NCBI GenBank assembly: GCA_951406725.2
Contig: OX597827.1
Coordinates: forward strand, 1,178,001 to 1,242,000
Length of the DNA stretch: 64,000 nt
From: Octopus vulgaris
Lineage: Eukaryota
Direction: 5' to 3'
Shown: positions 41,095 through 55,129 of the stretch, in pieces
Layout: each line of letters begins with the position of its first letter
Numbering within the stretch: the first letter of the stretch is position 1
The notes under the pieces: model-generated
What the model was told of the DNA's origin: nothing
What the model saw: the letters and a program-made list of their open reading frames with translations, nothing else
Databases searched by the model: none
Made by a program: the position numbers and the translations under genes

Positions 41095-41677
41095 ATATAT
41101 AAGTTTTTGCTGATAATGGTATAAAATATATGTATATATATATATGTGTGTGTATATATACACACATACACACAGATATATGTGTCTATATATATTATAT
41201 TGTGTGTGTGTTTAGAATATGTGGGTGGTATGTAAATGCCAAGTAACATGTTGTCTGATAAAGAACTTGATACAAATTGTAGAGTAAAATAAGTATATTT
41301 TAATAGAGTTTTTGTAGTATTTGAGCTTAAATTCCATTTTATTCATGGCTTTTGCCTAAATCACCTGCAATTAAAATGATTGAAATATACTATTATTTAT
41401 CTATAATTTATTCATTTTTTTGTTTTGTTCCGTTTTTTATAGTGAGTTCCTTTTTTTATCATTACATATGCAACCACACAAATATTCACAATCTATTTGA
41501 TATTATCTTTACACTCTTGCATCCAATCAAATCATTACATTTTATTTTCATTATCTGAATATTCTTATTAATGATATGCTGTTTCATTCCTCAAATTTCA
41601 TTTCAAATTTGGCGATGCGAAACTCAGTTTCTCTGCATGTATCATTATATCTTGAGCTCTGTTTGTTGTATTGAGTA

Positions 41678-41711
<34 letters not shown>

Positions 41712-42219
41712 TAAACACACTGGCAGAAGTTCATTTTATGTATATCACAAGCTTAAAAGCTGCACCCCATGCTGACTTTTTAAGTTAGCTCCTATTGAAG
41801 GCTAATTGGGCCTGTGCCCCAAAACTGAAGAGAGCAATAATAATAAAGCATTTATTGGTACCCTACCAATATGGTATTACCCTACCAATTTAGTATCAAT
41901 TTAAATTCAGTTTAAATGAAAAGCTTTTAAGTTCACAAGTTTTTGGAGTTCTTTTAAAATTTGAATTTTCAACTGTTAGTATATAATGAATCCCCATCCA
42001 AGATTTCAAGGACCAAATGAAGGGCAGATTTTTAATACTAGTGATGTTGCTATACAGCTTGCAAGGCAACTGTTGCCATACAGCTTGTAAAAACTGAGGA
42101 GGGAAGCAGGGTACATTCAACTATCATTGAAAATCTGTTTCAATAGACTCTCTCGCACCCATGAAAGCATAGAAAATAATTGGACATTAAATACACACAC
42201 ACACACACACACATACAGA

Positions 42220-42587
42220 TGTGGCTGTGTTAAGAGGCTTGCTTCTCAACCATATGGTTTTGGGTTCAGTCCCATTCTGTGGCACCTTGGACAAGTGTCT
42301 TCTACTTTAGCTTCGGGCTGACCAAAGCCTTGTATATTTGGTAGACAGAACCTGAAAGAAGGCCATTATATATATAGATATATATGTCTGTGTTTGTCCC
42401 CCCATCACCATTTGACAACCAGTGTTCATGTGTTTATGTGCCAGTATCTTAGCAGTTCGGCAAAAGAGTCTGATAGAGTAAGTACTAGGCTTAAGAGATA
42501 AGTCGTTGGCCTGATTTGTTCAACTAAAACCCTTCAGGGCAGTGCAATAGCATGGCCACAATCAAATAATGGAAACAAGTAAAAAGA
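42220..42587 (+). mobile_element. SINE S1
   Basis: Colinear with 8475-8837. Confidence 0.85.
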
Positions 42588-42590
42588 ATA

Positions 42591-42634
<44 letters not shown>

Positions 42635-42675
42635 ATGTCCATTTTCCAAACTAAACACAAAAATTTATTTTAATT

Positions 42676-42754
42676 GCTTTGAGGAAGCCATAGGATGTTG
42701 CACAAGCACTCAGATCTGAGTGCACTGTTTCCTACAGCAGAAACAGCTGTAAGC
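42676..42754 (+). ncRNA. Type I hammerhead motif with long stem II, C3 mutated
   Basis: gct TTGAGGA a gccatagga...gcactca gatc tgagtgc...tcctacagc a GAAA cagctg TA agc. Confidence 0.65.
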
Positions 42755-43177
42755 CAATGAACTTGATTACATGACTCCAGTTCTCTTATATATATATATA
42801 TACATACACGCATATATATGTATACATGTATGTGTGTGTGTACATATATAAACACACACACACACATGTATCTATGTGAGTGTCTGTGTAGATGAATATA
42901 TATATGAATAAATGGATTTATATAACAAAAGGCATAAATAATGGACTTTATAAATCATTCGTCCAACCATGGATTTACAAAGTCAACTGATGATAGACTC
43001 AACTTCAGATCTTGCTTCTGGATTACCTGTGGTTCAATGACAGTGACTAAACCTTTTGTTAGCCCATTCTATTTGTATCAGCAGAGAGATTAAGTAGTAT
43101 TTTACCGAGATTACTAATCCCTTATTAATTAACTCTTTGTATATATGTGTGTGTATGTTGTTTTATATATATATGTA

Positions 43178-43246
<69 letters not shown>

Positions 43247-43247
43247 A

Positions 43248-43620
43248 TTCTTTCATTTGTTTCAACCATTGACTCTGGCCATGTTGTGGCACTGCCTTTA
43301 GGCAAACAAATCGACCCCAGAACTTATTCTTTGTAAGCCTAGTACTTACTCTGTTGGTCTCTTTTACCAAACCTCTTGGTTACAGGGACGTAAACACACC
43401 AACATTGGGGACAAACACAGATCCACAAACATATACTGTACATACATATATTATATATATAATGGGCTTCTTTCAGTTCCCCTCAACCAAATCCACTCAC
43501 AAGGCTTTGGTTGGCCTGAGGCTATAGTAGAAGACACTTGCCTAATGTGCCATGCAGTGGGACTGAACTCGGAACCATGTGGTTGGTAAGCAAGCTACTT
43601 ACCACACAGCCACACCTGCA

Positions 43621-43623
<3 letters not shown>
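43248..43623 (-). mobile_element. SINE S1
   Basis: Reverse complement of S1. Confidence 0.87.
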
Positions 43624-43657
<34 letters not shown>

Positions 43658-43717
43658 CTGGGAACATTTTTCAGCCATAGTCACTCAATAACTTAACCAG
43701 ACAGAAAGAGAATGAAA

Positions 43718-43946
43718 GCAGTGAGCTGGCAGAAACGTTAGCACGTCAAGCAAAATGCTTAGCGGTATTTCGTCTGCTGTTATGTTCTGAGTTCAAATTC
43801 CGCCGGGGTCGACTTTGCCTTTCATTCTTTCAGGGTCGATTATATAAATACCAGTTACACACTGAGGTTGATGTAATTGACATAATCCATGTGTCTGTCC
43901 TTGTTTGTTCTCTCTGTGTTTAGCCCCTTGTGGGTAGTAAAGAAAT
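43718..43946 (+). mobile_element. SINE S2, full length (similar copy at 45168-45397)
   Basis: gagctggcagaaacgttagcacg ... agccccttgtgggtagtaaagaaata. Confidence 0.9.
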
Positions 43947-44629
43947 AAGAAAGAGAATGATGTTTCATAAACAACTACAAATAGCAGCCAAATAACCTTT
44001 GACACACACACACACACACCAGCGAGTAAAAAGGACAGATTACCAAATATAATCTTGAATATAATCTTGATTATTAAATGAAGAACACAGAGCTGGAGCT
44101 AAGCAACAAGCACTACTTGTTCAGTTTCAAGCTGTCTCGTCTTCACAATTTCCACCTGTTTATTTTCATTTCTTCATCATAAAATAACGATCTCTCAGTA
44201 ATCAAGTGTAATTTACTGATTATTTTAAATCAAAGTTCTTAATATATATTTTATGGTCCATGAAAATAAAAAAATAATTTACTATTAAAATAGACTTGTT
44301 GATTTCTTTATAGATTGGCAATAAAAATGGATACTGGACACACACATGGAGAGAGATAAAGCTCTTTATCACAAAGGAATCGAGATATATGTTCAATATA
44401 TAGAAAAACAACTCCATGCTTTGTATAATCTATAATCACAGTTTAATCAACAATATTGATTAAGTACTATCTTTATGAACTGTAAATTACGGAGTAATTG
44501 TTTCTATTAGAAACAAAAATTGCTAAATTGGTGAGCAGTCAACACGCTGTGCTTATGCATACAAACATACAGCTGTATACACATATGCACACACACACGT
44601 GCACACACACACACACACACACACGTGCA

Positions 44630-44671
<42 letters not shown>

Positions 44672-44794
44672 AACACACTGATATATGTATATATATATAA
44701 CTACTTGATGGCTAATGCATCATTAGATTCTTCCTTATTACTGTACCAAACACTCTATTGTCTCTCATTTGTTAGATACAAGTCTGCTGCTTTT

Positions 44795-44825
<31 letters not shown>

Positions 44826-45502
44826 CAACCACACACACATATGCACACACATATATGAATGAAAGTCAGCCAAACTAGTAACAAGTATAACAATCACTTG
44901 TAAACATCCTGCAAAGCAAAGATGAACTTCATAACTGAGCTGATAATCAGCAGCTTCCATAACATGAATATCATGAAACTGTCTCCTCACCGTTAAATGC
45001 AATGCAGAATCATGTCAACAAACATTGTGTACAGACATATGTTTCTTTAGACTAACACCAGGAAGACACTGTCTATTAACATTATTAGCAGATATGTTAT
45101 TTTTGGTGGCAAAGACTCACAGCTTGCTTTGATTCATGTATCTCTGAGTAACCAACAAGATCAGCCTTGGTGAGATGGCAGAAACGCTAGCACGACAGAT
45201 GAAATGTTTAGCAGTATTTCGTCTGCTGTAACGTTCTGAGTTCAGATTCCGCCGAGGTCGACTTTGCCTTTCATCCTTTCAGGGTCGATTAAATAAGTAC
45301 CAGTTACGCACTGGAGTCGATATAATCGACTTAATCCGTTTGTCTGTCCTTGTTTGTCCTCTCTGTGTTTAGCCCCTTGTGGGTGGTAAAGAAATAGATA
45401 GTTAAACTCAGTTATAAGCTAGCATACCAAGGAAGGACATGTTGATGCCTATGGAATTTTTCCTTCTTGCATCTTATAATTTTGCATATTTAGCCCTTTA
45501 GG

Positions 45503-45800
45503 TGAAGGCGCATTGCTCTGTGGTTAGAGTGATGGGCTCACAATCATGAGGTAATGAGTTCGACTCCCAGACTGGGCTGTGTTGTGGTCTTGTGTAAGAC
45601 ACCTTATTTCAAGTTGCTCCAGTTCACTCAGCTGTAAAAATGAGTTGTGACATCATTGGTGCCAAGCTGTATCAGTCTTTGCCTTTCCCTTGCACAACAT
45701 CAGTGGTGTGGAGAGTGGAGGCTGGTATGCATGGGCAACTGCCGGTCTTCCATAAACAACCTTGCCTGGACTTATGCCTAAGAATGGCACTTTCTAGGCA
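45503..45800 (+). mobile_element. tRNA-head SINE S7 (relatives at 48875-49185 and 57345-57548)
   Basis: gtggttagagtgatgggctcacaatc, gagttcgactccc; shared ggtcttccataaacaaccttgcc. Confidence 0.8.
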
Positions 45801-45933
45801 GCAAATGCTAAATGGTTAATCTGATGCCCTTCAAAATACAAGTCAGTGTACAGAGTATATATTTTCTTCTCAATCCTGATCCCTTACAATAGTTTCTCAG
45901 TTTCTACGTGAATATCAATTACATACATACTTG

Positions 45934-46350
45934 CTTTTACTCTTTTACTCGTTTCAGTCAGTTGACTGTGGCCATGCTGGAGAACCACCTTTAGTTGAGC
46001 AAATTGACCCCCCAGGACTTATTCTTTGTAAGCCTAGTACTTATTCTATGGGTCTCTTCTGCCGAACTGCTAAGTTACGGGGACATAAACACACCAGCAT
46101 CGGTTATCAAGCAATGTTGGGGTGGGGTGGGGGTGGGGGGCAAACATGGACATACAAACAAATACAGACACATACATATATATATACGACGGGCTTCTTT
46201 AAGCTTCCCTCTATCAAATCCACTCACAAGGCTTTGGTCGGCCCGAGGCTATAGGAGAAGGCACTTGCCCAAGGTGCCATGCAGTGGGACTGAACCCAGA
46301 ACCATGTGGTTGGTAAGCAAGCTACTTGCCACACAGCTGCTCCTGCACCT
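45934..46350 (-). mobile_element. SINE S1, full length
   Basis: Reverse complement of S1. Confidence 0.88.
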
Positions 46351-46884
46351 ATATTCACACATATATTCAATCACATTTTGACGTACATAATTGCATATAT
46401 TTTCAATATATGAGACATCCAAACTTTCTGATGATGATGGTGGTATCTATTTCTTACAAAAGTTATTGTTCTATTTTGTATCTGGTTTATGAGATTCTTG
46501 TTGTGAACTCATGATTTAAAACATATTTTGTTGAATCTTGGGAGGGTCATTGTCCCAATAATAAACATATGCACTGGTTACATTTTACTTCTTTTATTAT
46601 TATTAAGAGTCAATTAGTTAACTATTTAACCAATTAACTAATCGATTGTTTAATTAATTATTCAGTCAAGTAATCAATCAGATAATTTTTTTTAAAGTCA
46701 TTTTGTCACCATTCACAATCTCATCAGCGAAATGACCTGTTTGTTTTAGATCAGTCTGTCCATAAATGCAAACACTACTCAATCTGTTTCCAGCAATAAT
46801 TCTCCTAAGTTATTATTCCCTACAGCGGTTTGTTGCTGTATAAACCAAACATATTTGGAAAATATTTTTAAAAATACCATCTGA

Positions 46885-47102
46885 GCATGGCCGTTGCCAA
46901 TACAACCTGACTGGCCCCCATGCCGGTGGCACGTAAAAGCACCCACTACACTCTCGGAGTGGTTGGCATTAGGAAGGGTATCCAGCTGTAGAAACTCTGC
47001 CAGGTCAAGATTGGAGCTGGTGCAACAATCTGGTTCGCCAGTCCTCGGTCAAATCGTCCAACCCATGCTAGCATGGAAAGCGGACATTAAACAATGATGA
47101 TG
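46885..47102 (+). mobile_element. S4 element
   Basis: ggttggcattaggaagggtatccagctgtagaaac ... gcggacattaaacaatgatga. Confidence 0.82.
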
Positions 47103-47614
47103 AGGAGGAGGATGATGATGAGGATGATAGAGGGAGAGAAACAGAGGTGTTGCTATAGAGACCTTTTACTGGAGATATAACACCAAGAAGAAGAAGAAGA
47201 AGTAGATGACAGAAACTGAAAGATGCCATTTGAGTGTATGTGTGTGTTGTAGTGAAAATGGTACTCCTCTTCCTACATGAGAAAGTGGTCTGACCCAGCC
47301 ACTATAAAGTCAGACAGCCAGTCGTTGTTGGAGCTTATTAGTAGTAGACTCATTGTAGGTTTTCTCAGTTGGAGTCAGTTATGTGATACATACGAGTTCA
47401 AGTTACTGTCAAGATATGTTTCTTTATTAGCCACACAGGGCTATAGTCGTCACAAAGTCATTGTCTTGTGGAGCTATCAGTGACAGTATGATAGATGAGT
47501 CAAAGATAATAAGACATGGAATACGGCCACAACATAATAGTGGTGACAAGAATATTACAGTGCTGACAATAATATACAAGTGGATGAGGATCCATATTAT
47601 ATCAATGTATGTGT

Positions 47615-47653
<39 letters not shown>

Positions 47654-47847
47654 TGTGTGTATCTGTGTATCTGTGTGTATCTGTGTGTGTGTCATTTAGA
47701 ACATTAACAATCATGTTTACTCTTTAGTTACCAAACTCCAGGTTGATGATGGAACTGAACCTCTTGGCTCCTAAATCTCCCATAACTTTCTGAAGGACCA
47801 CAAGTTGGACTTTAGCTCTGACCCAAATATGTGTGTGTGTGCCACAG

Positions 47848-48055
47848 GCACCACCACCACCACCACCACCACCACCACCACCACCACCACCACCACCACT
47901 ACCACTACCACCACCACTACCACTACCACTACCACTACCACCACCACCACTACCGCCACCACCACCACCACCACCACCACCACCACCACCACCACCACCA
48001 CCACCACCACCACCACCACCACCACCATCAACAACACCAACAACAACAACAACAA
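47848..48055. repeat. (CAC)n/(CAA)n tract
   Basis: Direct inspection. Confidence 0.97.
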
Positions 48056-48307
48056 AGAAAGATTGTAAAATAAGCTTCCCAAAGTGTCAGACGTATTGGT
48101 AGAGAAAGAAGAGTTTGATTAGCTGGATAGTGCCAAAGACGTAAGGGGGAGCTGGTTTGTAAAACCCCTTAATGGAGAGCTTAGTATGGACATAATAACA
48201 TCGGTTACCTTGTGACATCACTGGAAGGAACTATAACATGTCAGGATAGACAGCTGGATGGATGGATGGAGGAGGGTTGTGTGAATCTGAGCAAGCTTGA
48301 CCAAATG

Positions 48308-48358
<51 letters not shown>

Positions 48359-48359
<1 letters not shown>

Positions 48360-48556
48360 GTTAAAATTAATCCAAACATGAAAACACAAAGAGAAAACAC
48401 AACAACGCGAGGACATGGAACAAGTATAGTGTTATTGGACACCCAGGAAAGGAAAGAAAGAAGGAGGATTTAAGGTTTTGAGCAGAGCTCTTCGTCAGAA
48501 ACATAGAAAAAGGAAAGGTCCAAGGAAGGGAAGACGAAGAAAGAAAATCACCAACA
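48359..48556 (-). mobile_element. (TA)n-flanked element with a degenerate minimal hammerhead (48468-48502)
   Basis: Minus strand: gttt CTGACGA agagc-tct-gctc AAAA cc TT aaat; homolog of 8855-9060. Confidence 0.72.
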
Positions 48557-48802
48557 TATATATATATATAATATATATAATATGTATACATTATATATAT
48601 ACACACATGCACACACAAACACACACACTCTCACTCATATATGGGTGGGAAGTAAAGTCCAGCTTGTGGACTTTGAGAAAGAAGTGGAAGATTTTGGGGT
48701 TGAGAGGCTTGGTTCCATCAGCAACCTGGAATTTAGTAACTAAGAAATGAACATGTTTGTTAATGTACTTAACAGTATACACTCAAATGCACACACACAT
48801 AC

Positions 48803-48878
<76 letters not shown>

Positions 48879-49235
48879 GCATGCCTCAGTGGTTAGGGCA
48901 TCAGGCTCACAATATCAAGGCTGTGAGTTCATCCCAGACTAGGATGTTTGTTGTGTTGTTGAGCAAAACACTTTGTGGTTACTTAAATGAAGAAACAAGT
49001 TGGGACATTACTGGTACCAAACTGTATTAACCTTTTCCTCTACCTTGGACAACATTGTTACCATGGAGAGGGGAGACAGGTATGCAACTGCTGGTCTTCC
49101 ACAAATAACCTTGCCCCAGATTGGTGCCTTGGAAGGGAACTTTCCAGGTGCAATCCCATGGTCAGTTGTGAGCAAAGGAGGTCTTTATATATATATAACA
49201 TGACAGCAGTCAAAATGACTGAAACAAGTAAAAGA

Positions 49236-49273
<38 letters not shown>

Positions 49274-50300
49274 GCACAATGGGTTTCTTTCAGTTTCTGT
49301 CTACCAAGTCCATGCACTAGACTTTAATTGGCCTGAAACTGTAGTAAAGTAAAAGACACTTGCCTAAGATTCTACACAGTGGGGCTGAACTCAAACCATG
49401 TAGTTGAGTAGCAAACCACACAGCCATGCATGCACCTAGCTTGGCCTGTGCCTCACTATACTTCCAATGTCAAGACTACTTGGTTAGGAGGCCTGCTTTT
49501 TAACCACACAGCTATGCCTGTATCGTGTAAAAAGAAATTTAATTTACTGTAAAACAACTTCAAATATTTTGTAAATTTTACACATTGTTAAAACATTACA
49601 ATGTTCTAAAAGAACCTTCACATTATTGAAGGCAAATATCAAACGCCAATATTAGAAGCTCCATACAGTTGCTCAACTTGATAGAAATCGCAGCCAAACC
49701 TACTTTAAAGTATCTCCTACTGCCTTAAAGAAAAACAGAAGAGGCTTAATTGAATAATCTAGTTTCTTGATATAAGAAATGAAAGGATGGTTATGGAAAA
49801 AAACCCCTTTTGATCAGAATTGACCTGAGACAAGATAGTTACAAAAGAAATACTACAAGTTCTTCAACAAGGATAATATAAAAGTTAGTCATAACTGTTA
49901 GCTGTATGGTTAGTGTAACTCATCAATGTTGTAGTAATATGTATGATGAATTTGAAGCAAAATAACATAGCAAAAACAAAATAAACTCACAAAAGGTATA
50001 TACAAAAGCATAATCAGTCAACATAACTATGTCTTCTGGGAAAGAACTATATGAAGATCTAGATTATTAATCCAACAAATTTAGGTCTTAAAGAGAATAT
50101 TATTCAGAAAACAATAATAAACTCATAGAGCAATTTCAATTCCAAACAATAAGTCTAATGAATTGTGCATAGAAGAAGATAATTAGAAAAGCAACAAAAT
50201 GAAGCGTTACCTTTGAACAAATAAATTCATATAGATATATATAATATCTACTATATGTATTTTATATATATATATCTGTGTGTGTGTGTGTGTGTGTGTG

Positions 50301-50332
<32 letters not shown>

Positions 50333-51010
50333 ATATATATGCACATATATAATTTATATCATCATCATCACCATCATTATAATGTCTACATTTCCATGCT
50401 TGCACAGGCCAGACAGAATCGGGAATAGAGGATAATGCTTGCATGCTGGTGAAATTTGTTTACAATCATCAAAGAGACAATAATACACAAATGCACACCC
50501 ATACACACACATTTATATATATACACACATATATATGACAGTCTTTGTTTCAGTTTTCATCTATCAAATCCACTTATAAGGAATTGGTTGGCCTCGGGCT
50601 GTAGTAAAAGACACTTTGTCCAAGGTGCCCCCCAGTGGGACTGAACCTTGGACCATGTGGTCGGAAAGCAAACTTCTTACCATACTTCCATTCTTATGTC
50701 TATATATATATGTGTGTGTGTGTGTGTATACATACATACATACATACATATTTACATACATATATACATATGTATATATATGTATATATTTCTGTGAGAG
50801 TTAGCGGTTAGGAAACCAACCAACTAAGGGATAGTACCTATCCAATATACTGCTGGTGGTGTACTCAATTATTCATACCTAAATGCTGGTTATTGCGTGG
50901 CAATCTCGCAATTGAGTGTCATATATGGGTTGGGGTAGAAAGTGGTTTACCCTTAAGTTATACGGCAAATAAGAAAATGTTGTTTTGTATCCTCTCCATT
51001 TTCTTATTTG

Positions 51011-51106
<96 letters not shown>

Positions 51107-51508
51107 GTAACATATATATTCACATTTATATGCTTGGTTATGCATGTGTATATATAAAAAGAGAGAAAGAGGAAGCAACAAAAGAGTTACTATGGTAACA
51201 TACATACACATACATATATGTGTGAATAGATCATCTAAATTTTTCTGATGTCCTCTCTATGTGTATATATAATAGGTGTGTATGTGTGTGTGTAGTTCTT
51301 CAATGTGAGTTTTCATTTTCTACCAGGCATAGGGTAAAAATAGTGAGACAAGCAGACAGAGAGATACCCATCCACAGATACATATATTTACATATACTTA
51401 TCTTCATACATATTTGCATACATAATTGCATATAGATACATATATGCATTGATAAGTGGATGCATCTACTCACACACATTCATACTGCAAATGAATATTT
51501 ATATTACG

Positions 51509-51557
<49 letters not shown>

Positions 51558-52204
51558 CATACATATGTAGACACACACATTATACATATATAAATGAGTG
51601 TATGTACATCTATGTGTGTATGTTTAAGTTTCTCTTAAAAGTCTGGTTTTGCATATAATAATAATAATAATAATAATAACATGAAGTTAATAAAACGTAT
51701 CTGATATTATTAATAACACATTTTCTGATATCAATTCTAACGATATTAAAATATATTCCACCCGCTATTAAGATATTCTAGAATATATAAAATAAAATAA
51801 CAAACTAAAAAAATAAATAAATAACAAATTTAAAATATATAGATATATATATATAAATAAATTAATAAAAATTAAAAATAAAAGTAAAAAAACTCAAAAC
51901 AAAAATATGTAAATAAAGAAATTAATAAAAAGAAACAGTGAGATACTGAGGGAAGGAACTGGAAGAATATATATTCCAAAAATTTTGAAAAAAAAATTCA
52001 AAGAATGAGAAATGAAGATGAAAATTGGAGAATATTCTTGTAAATCAATTAGAAGCTTGAACAGAAAGAGATAATAAATTTTTATCGTTTATTTTATTAT
52101 TATTATTTTTTAACTGTTTGTTGTATTGAAAATGGCGTTTTGTATAATGGTAAAAATTCCTGAAAGTTAGTCTAACTCAAGAGATGGAGATAGATTAGAC
52201 CTAC

Positions 52205-52242
<38 letters not shown>

Positions 52243-52271
52243 GTATATATAGTTATATATGTATATAATAT

Positions 52272-52329
<58 letters not shown>

Positions 52330-52937
52330 ATGTATATATTAATGGGTATATAATGTGTAAATGCAAGTGAGAATACTTGTTTTTATATTTTTTGTTTTTT
52401 TTTCTATTGTGTGTGCTAATGCATATATTTCTCATTGAACACACACACACACACACACATTTGTGTATATGTGTATAGGTATATACCTCCATATGTTTCT
52501 ATAACCATTGTATGGAAAATTATCACTTGCACAAAGAATACATCGCCATATGCACACACACACACACACACACACACATGCACACACACACACACACACA
52601 TGCATTCTGAGATTGAGAGATAGTTAGCTCAATTGATTAATTGATTAAAGGCTAGATAAAGGCATATATATATATATACATACACATTACACAGGCGTAC
52701 ACAATGACACACAAACACACACACACATACGCATACTTATTGCATATAATAGATAAAAATTTTAGATAGATAAATAGAAACATATCCATGCATATATACA
52801 TAAGTGTTTGTATGTGCCTATGTATATGAAATTATATATATATATGTAGATAGATACATACATTACCATATTTAACATACATATGTGGCAGAATATTTTC
52901 TGATAGTCATCTTTAATTTGAGTGTTTCCATTTCTCC

Positions 52938-52960
52938 ATGTTGGTTGAAGAGTTTTATAA
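52938..52960 (+). CDS. Tentative upstream exon end, MLVEEFY(N); could instead be a 10-nt microexon at 52951-52960
   Basis: GTATGT donor at 52961 gives phase 2, compatible with the exon at 53067; acceptor/start unclear. Confidence 0.2.
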
Positions 52961-53000
52961 GTATGTATGCACACACACACATGCACATACATGTGTGTGA

Positions 53001-53033
<33 letters not shown>

Positions 53034-53066
53034 CATGTAAGAATATATAAGCATGTGTTTAAATAG

Positions 53067-53111
53067 CTATCATTTGTTACATGTGAAACTGGAGACATGT
53101 GATACATTTCA
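53067..53111 (+). CDS. Candidate 45-nt phase 2-2 exon, YHLLHVKLETCDTF(Q)
   Basis: tttaaatAG acceptor, GTGAGT donor, open frame, joins in frame to 55586. Confidence 0.4.
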
Positions 53112-53256
53112 GTGAGTGTAGATAACACAGAATCGTGTGTTGGATTTGCATTTATATCTTTTGGCGTATGAAGAACAATATACAATAAGAGAATGATCAT
53201 GCTACATCTATCCATCTACATATGTATGCATGAATGTACATATGTATGTATGTATG

Positions 53257-53287
<31 letters not shown>

Positions 53288-53399
53288 TGTATGTATGTAT
53301 GTATGTATGTATGTATGTATGTCTGTATGTATGTATGCTTGCATGCATGTATGTATTTATGTATATATTGATGTATGCATGTATCTATCTATCTCCCTC

Positions 53400-53431
<32 letters not shown>

Positions 53432-54000
53432 TAAAAATTGTAGAGTACATTAAAATACATAGTTACATAGTGCAAACATTATCTAATCAAGAACATATGT
53501 TTTATTCTCTCAAAAGTTAGTCTACTCTGAGTTTTATCTCATTTTCTTTTATATTTTCATACATGTGTGTATGTGTTTGTGTGTTTGTTTTTGTGTGTGT
53601 TTTGTGTGATAATGATGTGTGTACACACACTTCGTCATCATTGTTTTAACATCTTCTATTCCATGCTAACATAGGTTGGACACAGTTTATTGAGGCATAT
53701 TTTCTATAGCCAGATGCCCTCCCTGTCATTAACCTTTACATGATCCCAAGCAAGGTAATGTTACCACAGAACACTTTAAATGAATGTCATTCATTTACAT
53801 AGTACTCAATGTCAAGACAAGGTCACACAAACACACACACGACAAGTTTCTTTCAGTTTGCCCTCAACCAAATCTACTCACAGGGTTTTCATTGGCTTTT
53901 GATGGCCCAAAATGACATCCAGTGGGACTGAACCTGAAACCATGTAACAGGGAAGCAGACAATGGAGTATACCTATATACACAGATGTGTATATATATAT

Positions 54001-54157
54001 ATTCATTTTCTCTGTTTATTTTCTCTTATTACTTTCTGTTGAAGAGCGTATGCTCAAAACGTAAAAGACTTTCTCACTTTCCTGACCATCAAACTAATAC
54101 ACCTGCTTGTTGTTCATACACCTGTCTTTCTCTTTTGTTTTTCTGTAAATTTCAACT
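54001..54157 (+). mobile_element. (TA)n-flanked element with a degenerate minimal hammerhead (54032-54067)
   Basis: cttt CTGTTGA agagc-gtat-gctc AAAA cg TA aaag; ends ...aact(ATAT)n like 8855-9060. Confidence 0.68.
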
Positions 54158-54409
54158 ATATATATATATATATATATCTGTAAAGGTAATACGTGACAGT
54201 TATTTGGTAGCCATGATGAAACTTCGAGTTTCGGATGCCGAGGTGGAAATCCACGCCACCATCTCTTTCGTTATCCAGCCATCAGAAAAAAAATATATAT
54301 ATATATTTGTGTGTTTGTGTACATACACATATGGTGGACTGTCCTGTTATAAACACCAATACAATGCGTGCAAGCACAAACACATAAATGTATGTATATA
54401 TTTGGTCTC

Positions 54410-54570
54410 TTCCTATCATAATTGCATCTGTGAAGTCCTTAACGCTTCTTTCTTAATTCATGTTTGTTTTCAACATGACTTGCTGGCTCCACATCTCTCC
54501 TTCATAATTTTCACAATTAGTTGAAAACATGTCTTCATCCAGCAAGTATTGACCATTTGCATTACACATT
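54410..54570 (-). pseudogene. Possible RTE-clade LINE C-terminal fossil
   Basis: VMQMVNTCWMKTCFQLIV...RCG (cf. HVxRMxxxxWxKxxxxxxVxGxRxRGRP). Confidence 0.35.
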
Positions 54571-55096
54571 TGTAAATGCAGAGTCATTTCTTTCACACTA
54601 ATAAGCACATAACATGCCTAAATATCAGTTTGTATGCATATTTGCAGAGAGGCTTAATAATAATGGATCTCACAATACGTTTGACACTAAATACACAATT
54701 TGCCCAGTCAACTAAAACTGTCTAAATACTAAGGAAACACAGGGTGATACTTAAGTAATAAGGGGCTAGTCTTGTTGAATTACCAATACAATATATTCTC
54801 TGGGTTTCTGTCTAATGCAATTACCCTCCCAAGTTACAGGTCAATTAAATGCTACTGCGGAAGATACTTGCCTAAAGTAGCTTAGAATTAGAACAGAACT
54901 CTGGACATTTTCATTGTGAAATGAATATTATATGAATATCATGATCATTCAACCATCAGTGAAGCTTGTGTGTTGTTCATGTCAATTTTGCCAAATATAT
55001 ATATGTGTGTGTGTATGTATGTATATGTATGTATATATGTATGTATATGTATGTATATGTGTATGTGTATATATTTATATATATGTGTGTATGTGT

Positions 55097-55129
<33 letters not shown>

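Noticed and set aside
44937-44988. CTGATAA...GAAActgTC
   Set aside because: Core mismatch and stems out of register.
54195-54290. TA-flanked element with GAAACTCGAAGT and a hairpin on the minus strand
   Set aside because: No CTGANGA box in register; cannot be called a ribozyme, though it may be a decayed relative.
53922-54524. 200-aa ORF
   Set aside because: Patchwork of a SINE fragment, TA tracts and TA-flanked elements.
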